Source: an uncultured Candidatus Saccharibacteria bacterium
GTDB taxonomy: Bacteria; Patescibacteriota; Minisyncoccia; Phycocordibacterales; UBA12445
Direction: 5' to 3'
Length of the DNA stretch: 50,570 nt
NCBI GenBank assembly: GCA_964639675.1
Contig: CAZXEK010000041.1
Coordinates: 1 to 50,570, forward strand
Shown in pieces: positions 44,412-50,570 of the stretch. Both the position numbers and the translations under genes were made by a program. Within the stretch, counting starts at the first letter, position 1. Each line of letters opens with the position of its first letter. Under the pieces are notes generated by a model. It saw only the letters and a list, made by a program, of their open reading frames with translations, ran no database searches and was not told where the DNA came from.

Positions 44412-45944
44412 ATGAATTACGATATTGTAGAAAAATTAAAGAGGGATATCGCAGGTTTTAAAGATGATGTAAAACTTGAGACTGTTGGCAGGGTGGTAGA
44501 AACCTCAGATGGTATCGCCAGGATTTCTGGTTTGGATGCGGTTCTTAATAGGGAGTTAATTCAGATAGAGACTGACAGTGGAGATATTCCGGCGCTGGTG
44601 CTTAATTTGGAGCAGGGTTTTGTTGGTTCTATTATATTGGGTGAATCAGAAAAGGTTAAAACTGGTGATAAGGTTAAGAGTACTGGTAGGGTTTTGTCTG
44701 TTAAAGTTTCGGAGGAGATGGTTGGCAGGGTTGTCGATGCTTTGGGTGAGCCTATCGATGGTAGGGGTGTAATCTTTAAGAATAGAGGTGAGGCTTCTGA
44801 CTATCCGCTTGAAAAAGCGGCACCATCTGTTCTAGCTCGTGAATCAGTCAAGATACCTTTGCATACTGGAGTGAAGTCAGTAGATGCCATGATTCCTATT
44901 GGCCGTGGACAGAGAGAGCTCATCATCGGAGATAGGCAGACAGGCAAGACTGCTATTGCTCTGGATACTATTATTAATCAAGGTAGGGAGACTGGTGAAT
45001 CTAGAGTGGTTTGTATATATGTGGCAATTGGCCAGAAGAGTTCTAAGCTTGCCAAAATTGTAAAAATGCTTGAAGAGAAGGGTGCCTTAAAATATACGAT
45101 TGTGGTTGCCGCTTCCGCTTCAGATCCGGCATCGATGCAATACTTAGCTCCATATACCGGCTGTGCCATCGGGGAATATTTTAGAGACAGTGGTCAGGAC
45201 GCTTTGATTGTCTATGACGATTTATCCAAACATGCTGATGCTTATCGTCAGCTATCCTTACTTCTTCGAAGGCCACCCGGAAGAGAAGCTTATCCTGGAG
45301 ATATATTTTATCTTCATGCTAGGTTACTTGAAAGAGCTGCCAAATTAGATAAGGCCCATGGTGGCGGATCGCTGACCGCTTTACCGATAATTGAAACGAA
45401 ACTTGGTGATGTTTCAGCTTACGTCCCGACAAATGTTATATCAATTACTGATGGGCAGATCTATCTTGAATCATCTTTATTTTTTAGAGGTGTGCGGCCG
45501 GCTATTAATGTCGGTCTATCAGTATCTCGCGTCGGGTCATCTGCTCAGACTAAGGCGATGAAGAAGGTGGCCGGCAAGCTTCGTCTTGATCTCGCTCAGT
45601 TTAGAGAGCTCCAAGCCTTCTTGCAGTTTGCCTCAGATCTTGATGAGGCGACAAAGCAGAAGATTAAAAGAGGGGAACTTCTAACTGAAATATTGAAACA
45701 GATTGATGGTTCACCTATGAGCTTTGATAAACAGGTTGTGGTTCTCTACGCAGCGTTGAATGGTTTCTTGGATAATCTTTCTATTCTAGAGGTCAGAAAT
45801 TTTGAAGAAAAATTTCTGGAGTATATGGAGAGCTTGCATATGACCGATGTGATCCAACCACTAAGAGATACTGCCAACCTTGATGAAGTAACAGAGGGAA
45901 ATTTACGCATTGCCATTGAAGATTTCAAAAGTTTGAATAAATAA
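44412..45944 (+). CDS. atpA: F0F1 ATP synthase subunit alpha
   Basis: 510 aa with Walker A GDRQTGKT and alpha-type DDLSKHA. Confidence 0.97.
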   Translation: MNYDIVEKLKRDIAGFKDDVKLETVGRVVETSDGIARISGLDAVLNRELIQIETDSGDIPALVLNLEQGFVGSIILGESEKVKTGDKVKSTGRVLSVKVSEEMVGRVVDALGEPIDGRGVIFKNRGEASDYPLEKAAPSVLARESVKIPLHTGVKSVDAMIPIGRGQRELIIGDRQTGKTAIALDTIINQGRETGESRVVCIYVAIGQKSSKLAKIVKMLEEKGALKYTIVVAASASDPASMQYLAPYTGCAIGEYFRDSGQDALIVYDDLSKHADAYRQLSLLLRRPPGREAYPGDIFYLHARLLERAAKLDKAHGGGSLTALPIIETKLGDVSAYVPTNVISITDGQIYLESSLFFRGVRPAINVGLSVSRVGSSAQTKAMKKVAGKLRLDLAQFRELQAFLQFASDLDEATKQKIKRGELLTEILKQIDGSPMSFDKQVVVLYAALNGFLDNLSILEVRNFEEKFLEYMESLHMTDVIQPLRDTANLDEVTEGNLRIAIEDFKSLNK

Positions 45945-45948
45945 AAAA

Positions 45949-48293
<2,345 letters not shown>

Positions 48294-48297
48294 ACAT

Positions 48298-48537
48298 ATG
48301 TTGCTTACCATAACTTCTTTAAATAAAATTGAGTATAAAGATGAGGTAGCCGGTCTCAATGTAAAGACTTGGTCTGGTGAGATTACTGTTTTAAGTGGGC
48401 ATCGGCCATTGGTCAGTATTCTTCTGAAATGTACTGCTAAAATTATGACGAAAGACAATAAAAAGATTCCTTTTGAAATTAGATCTGGCTTTTTGGAGGT
48501 GGATGATAATAATAGATTAAATCTACTTGTTGACTAA
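48298..48537 (+). CDS. atpC: F0F1 ATP synthase subunit epsilon (N-terminal beta-sandwich only)
   Basis: 79 aa. Last gene of the operon. Its length matches only the N-terminal domain of typical ~135-aa epsilon subunits. Confidence 0.8.
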   Translation: MLLTITSLNKIEYKDEVAGLNVKTWSGEITVLSGHRPLVSILLKCTAKIMTKDNKKIPFEIRSGFLEVDDNNRLNLLVD

Positions 48538-48545
48538 AAAAAAGA

Positions 48546-48560
48546 CCCCGCTTGGCGGGG
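48546..48560. terminator. bidirectional terminator ccccgc-ttg-gcgggg
   Basis: A 9-nt A-run lies upstream, which reads as a T-run on the minus strand. Lies between atpC and the convergent hypothetical gene. Confidence 0.7.
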
Positions 48561-48567
48561 CTTAAGT

Positions 48568-49149
48568 TTACAAGGTTAGTTTATCTAGGTCGACAAAATA
48601 AGTTTTTTCTTTACCAGATTCGAACTGACAGTAATCAACGTGGCAGTAGGTTGTGACCTTAATCTTAGGGATATGAAAAATAATCCTCCTGTTTGCTAAA
48701 GCCAGGCCATGTAGAGCTTGAGCGGGGAAGATATTATGAGACGTGGCCTTACCACATGGCATATGTATGTAGAGGGCAACCTGCTTCATCCTTTTTAGGC
48801 TGAGTGATTCTTTGATTTCAAACAAGAGATCATTTGCCATCGTACTTCCCGGTTCATTTATGGCAAGAGTGAGATTGTCACCGTATTCAGGACAGATGTT
48901 ATTGATTAGTCTTAGCGCACCACCGTTTCTAGTCAGTACGTGAATTCTTGGTTTATTTACTATTTCACTAGTCTTAAGTAGCTTTGCTTTATAGTTAAAG
49001 GCGTCAAAGAATCTATCTCCATCGGCGCATGTGACCATCACCAGACCATTTTCAAGATCTAGCTCCTGCTCCTCTACGTCTCTCAGGACACCTATTTTTC
49101 TGAAATTTCTGATCTGCGCGTAATCTTGCGGATAAAGATGTTTGATCAT
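48568..49149 (-). CDS. hypothetical protein with CxDxxR ... RNGG ... HxxCG motif set
   Basis: 193 aa. AAGGAGG lies 9 nt upstream of the ATG. The terminator at 48546-48560 plus a T-run lies downstream on the minus strand. See the findings for the motif argument. Confidence 0.55.
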   Translation of the reverse strand: MIKHLYPQDYAQIRNFRKIGVLRDVEEQELDLENGLVMVTCADGDRFFDAFNYKAKLLKTSEIVNKPRIHVLTRNGGALRLINNICPEYGDNLTLAINEPGSTMANDLLFEIKESLSLKRMKQVALYIHMPCGKATSHNIFPAQALHGLALANRRIIFHIPKIKVTTYCHVDYCQFESGKEKTYFVDLDKLTL

Positions 49150-49251
49150 GACCAGATACCTCCTTCACCCCAAGTAATATCGGACGGTTTTCAAAGATCT
49201 TTTATCATCTAGGCTACACCATTTCAAAACCATTGGCAATGATTATGAAAG

Positions 49252-49260
49252 TGCTATCAT
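49252..49260 (+). promoter_or_regulatory. extended -10 (TGcTATCAT) 6 nt upstream of the gap ATG
   Basis: TATCAT at 49255-49260, spacer atagcg, ATG 49267. Confidence 0.45.
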
Positions 49261-49266
49261 ATAGCG

Positions 49267-50292
49267 ATGAATAATAAAAAAATAAAAATAGCGATTAATG
49301 GATTTGGTCGTATTGGCCGCCAATTTTTAAAGGTGGCTCTTTCTTTCGACGAATGTGAGGTGGTTGCCATAAATGATCTTGGAGATATTTCCAATCTGGC
49401 TTATCTTCTAGAGTTCGACTCTGTTTACGGTAACTTTAAAGGTGAAATTAGAGTTGGTGACGGGGCGTTAATTGTAAACGGCAGGTCAATAAAGTTTTTA
49501 CAAGAGCCAGATGCTAGCAAATTACCTTGGGGCTTTATGGGTGTGGATGTAGTAATTGAATCCACTGGTAGATTTACATCTTCTGAAAAGGCTAAGGTAC
49601 ATCTGGAGGCAGGTGCTAAAAGGGTTGTCTTGTCTGCTCCAGCTAAAGATGAAGAGACACCGACTTTCACTCCCAACGTTAATGTCGCCGCCTGTGGCAG
49701 CTCGAGGATTACAAGTAATGCCTCTTGCACTACCAACTCTATAACACCCTTAGCCGCTATTTTATCTCAAAATCCGGGTATAAAATATTCTATGGTTACT
49801 ACAGTTCATGGTTATACTGCCGAACAAAGTTTAGTTGATGGTCCAATGCCGGCTCTCCACAAAGATTTTAGAAGGGGGAGAGCAGCTGGCGTCAATATCG
49901 TCCCAACCTCTAGTGGCGCGACGTTAGCCGCAGCCAAAGCCATACCTCTTTTGAAGGATAAGTTTGAGGGTATCGCTCTTCGGGTACCAGTTCCCGCTGG
50001 TTCCATTCTTGATTTTAATTTTGTCTCAATGAGACCTACTTCTGTAGAGGAGGTGAATAATATTTTGATCGAGGAATCTAAAAAGCCGGAGTGGCAAGGA
50101 ATCTTTACAGTTACTGATCGCCCGTTTGTCTCCTCAGATATTTTAGGTAATCCACATGGTTCGATTGCTGACCTGAATTTGACTAGAGTAGTACAGGGGG
50201 AACTTGTTAAGGTGATGGCTTGGTACGATAACGAATGGGGTTATGCTAACCAGCTCTACAAGCATGTTATGAATGTAGCCTCTCTTCTATAG
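49267..50292 (+). CDS. gap: type I glyceraldehyde-3-phosphate dehydrogenase
   Basis: 341 aa with INGFGRIGR, active-site SNASCTTNS and WYDNEWGY. Confidence 0.95.
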   Translation: MNNKKIKIAINGFGRIGRQFLKVALSFDECEVVAINDLGDISNLAYLLEFDSVYGNFKGEIRVGDGALIVNGRSIKFLQEPDASKLPWGFMGVDVVIESTGRFTSSEKAKVHLEAGAKRVVLSAPAKDEETPTFTPNVNVAACGSSRITSNASCTTNSITPLAAILSQNPGIKYSMVTTVHGYTAEQSLVDGPMPALHKDFRRGRAAGVNIVPTSSGATLAAAKAIPLLKDKFEGIALRVPVPAGSILDFNFVSMRPTSVEEVNNILIEESKKPEWQGIFTVTDRPFVSSDILGNPHGSIADLNLTRVVQGELVKVMAWYDNEWGYANQLYKHVMNVASLL

Positions 50293-50349
50293 TTGCCCAA
50301 TTTAAATTTGCTTGTATGGAGGTTAATATTTGGATAGGATATAAATGTT

Positions 50350-50570
50350 ATGAACTTACCTGATATAACTAAGGCCGAACCTATTTTTCACGAATTTAAC
50401 AAAGAACATCTCTCCTCCCTCGAATCCAGACTCCACCTCCGCGAACAGTACGACCAGAGTCTTGCTCTGTTAAACCAAACTGGCCTCCTTCAGATTCTGC
50501 CTGAATCTGGATCATATGGCCTCGTTGGCATAGACGGTAAAGAGTATCCCATACCTAAATACAGAGAAGT
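50350..50570 (+). CDS. hypothetical protein, 3'-truncated by the window edge
   Basis: ATG 50350 opens a frame that stays open to the end of the window (MNLPDITKAEPIFHEFNKEHLSSLESRLHL...). No motif recognised. Confidence 0.3.
   Translation, partial: MNLPDITKAEPIFHEFNKEHLSSLESRLHLREQYDQSLALLNQTGLLQILPESGSYGLVGIDGKEYPIPKYRE

Overview
The window is a low-GC (~40%) bacterial chromosome segment that uses the standard genetic code. TGA and TAG both terminate conserved genes. Most genes are housekeeping genes on the + strand:
- a 3' fragment of the spc ribosomal-protein cluster (rpsN-rpsH-rplF-rplR-rpsE-rplO-secY-adk-map, with no L30 gene), followed by ndk
- infC-rpmI-rplT, nfo, secA, leuS, mltG and gap
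- a complete F1Fo ATP synthase operon with short delta and epsilon subunits

The 5' third carries a cell-envelope and surface cluster: an ABC exporter, a B12-type radical SAM enzyme, an O-antigen-ligase-like/TPR membrane protein, and two secreted lamin-tail-domain (LTD) proteins. One of the LTD proteins is a 1142-aa fusion of a Zn-phospholipase-C-like domain, an LTD and a beta-helix.

The gene content, the missing L30, the LTD proteins and the compact layout fit a reduced Patescibacteria/CPR-type genome. That assignment is an inference.

I saw no tRNA, rRNA, CRISPR array, transposase or integrase.

The signals worth a second look are non-coding:
1. A family of intergenic hairpin repeats. The full copy is 9624-9745; other copies are at 8337-8400, 15904-15989 and 30839-30862.
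2. A ~55% GC, 0.4-kb island downstream of secA containing an ORF with a Shine-Dalgarno (SD) site that is interrupted by a TAG.
3. A 0.94-kb gene-free stretch upstream of secA packed with small promoter/hairpin/terminator units and micro-ORFs.
4. A stand-alone structured sRNA candidate at 22424-22588.
5. A perfect 56-bp palindrome after ndk.
6. A recurrent arrangement with the -10 hexamer 6-7 nt before the ATG, implying leaderless mRNAs for many housekeeping genes. Strong SD sites occur mainly in front of orphan ORFs.

All functional calls come from motifs read by eye. No database search was possible.
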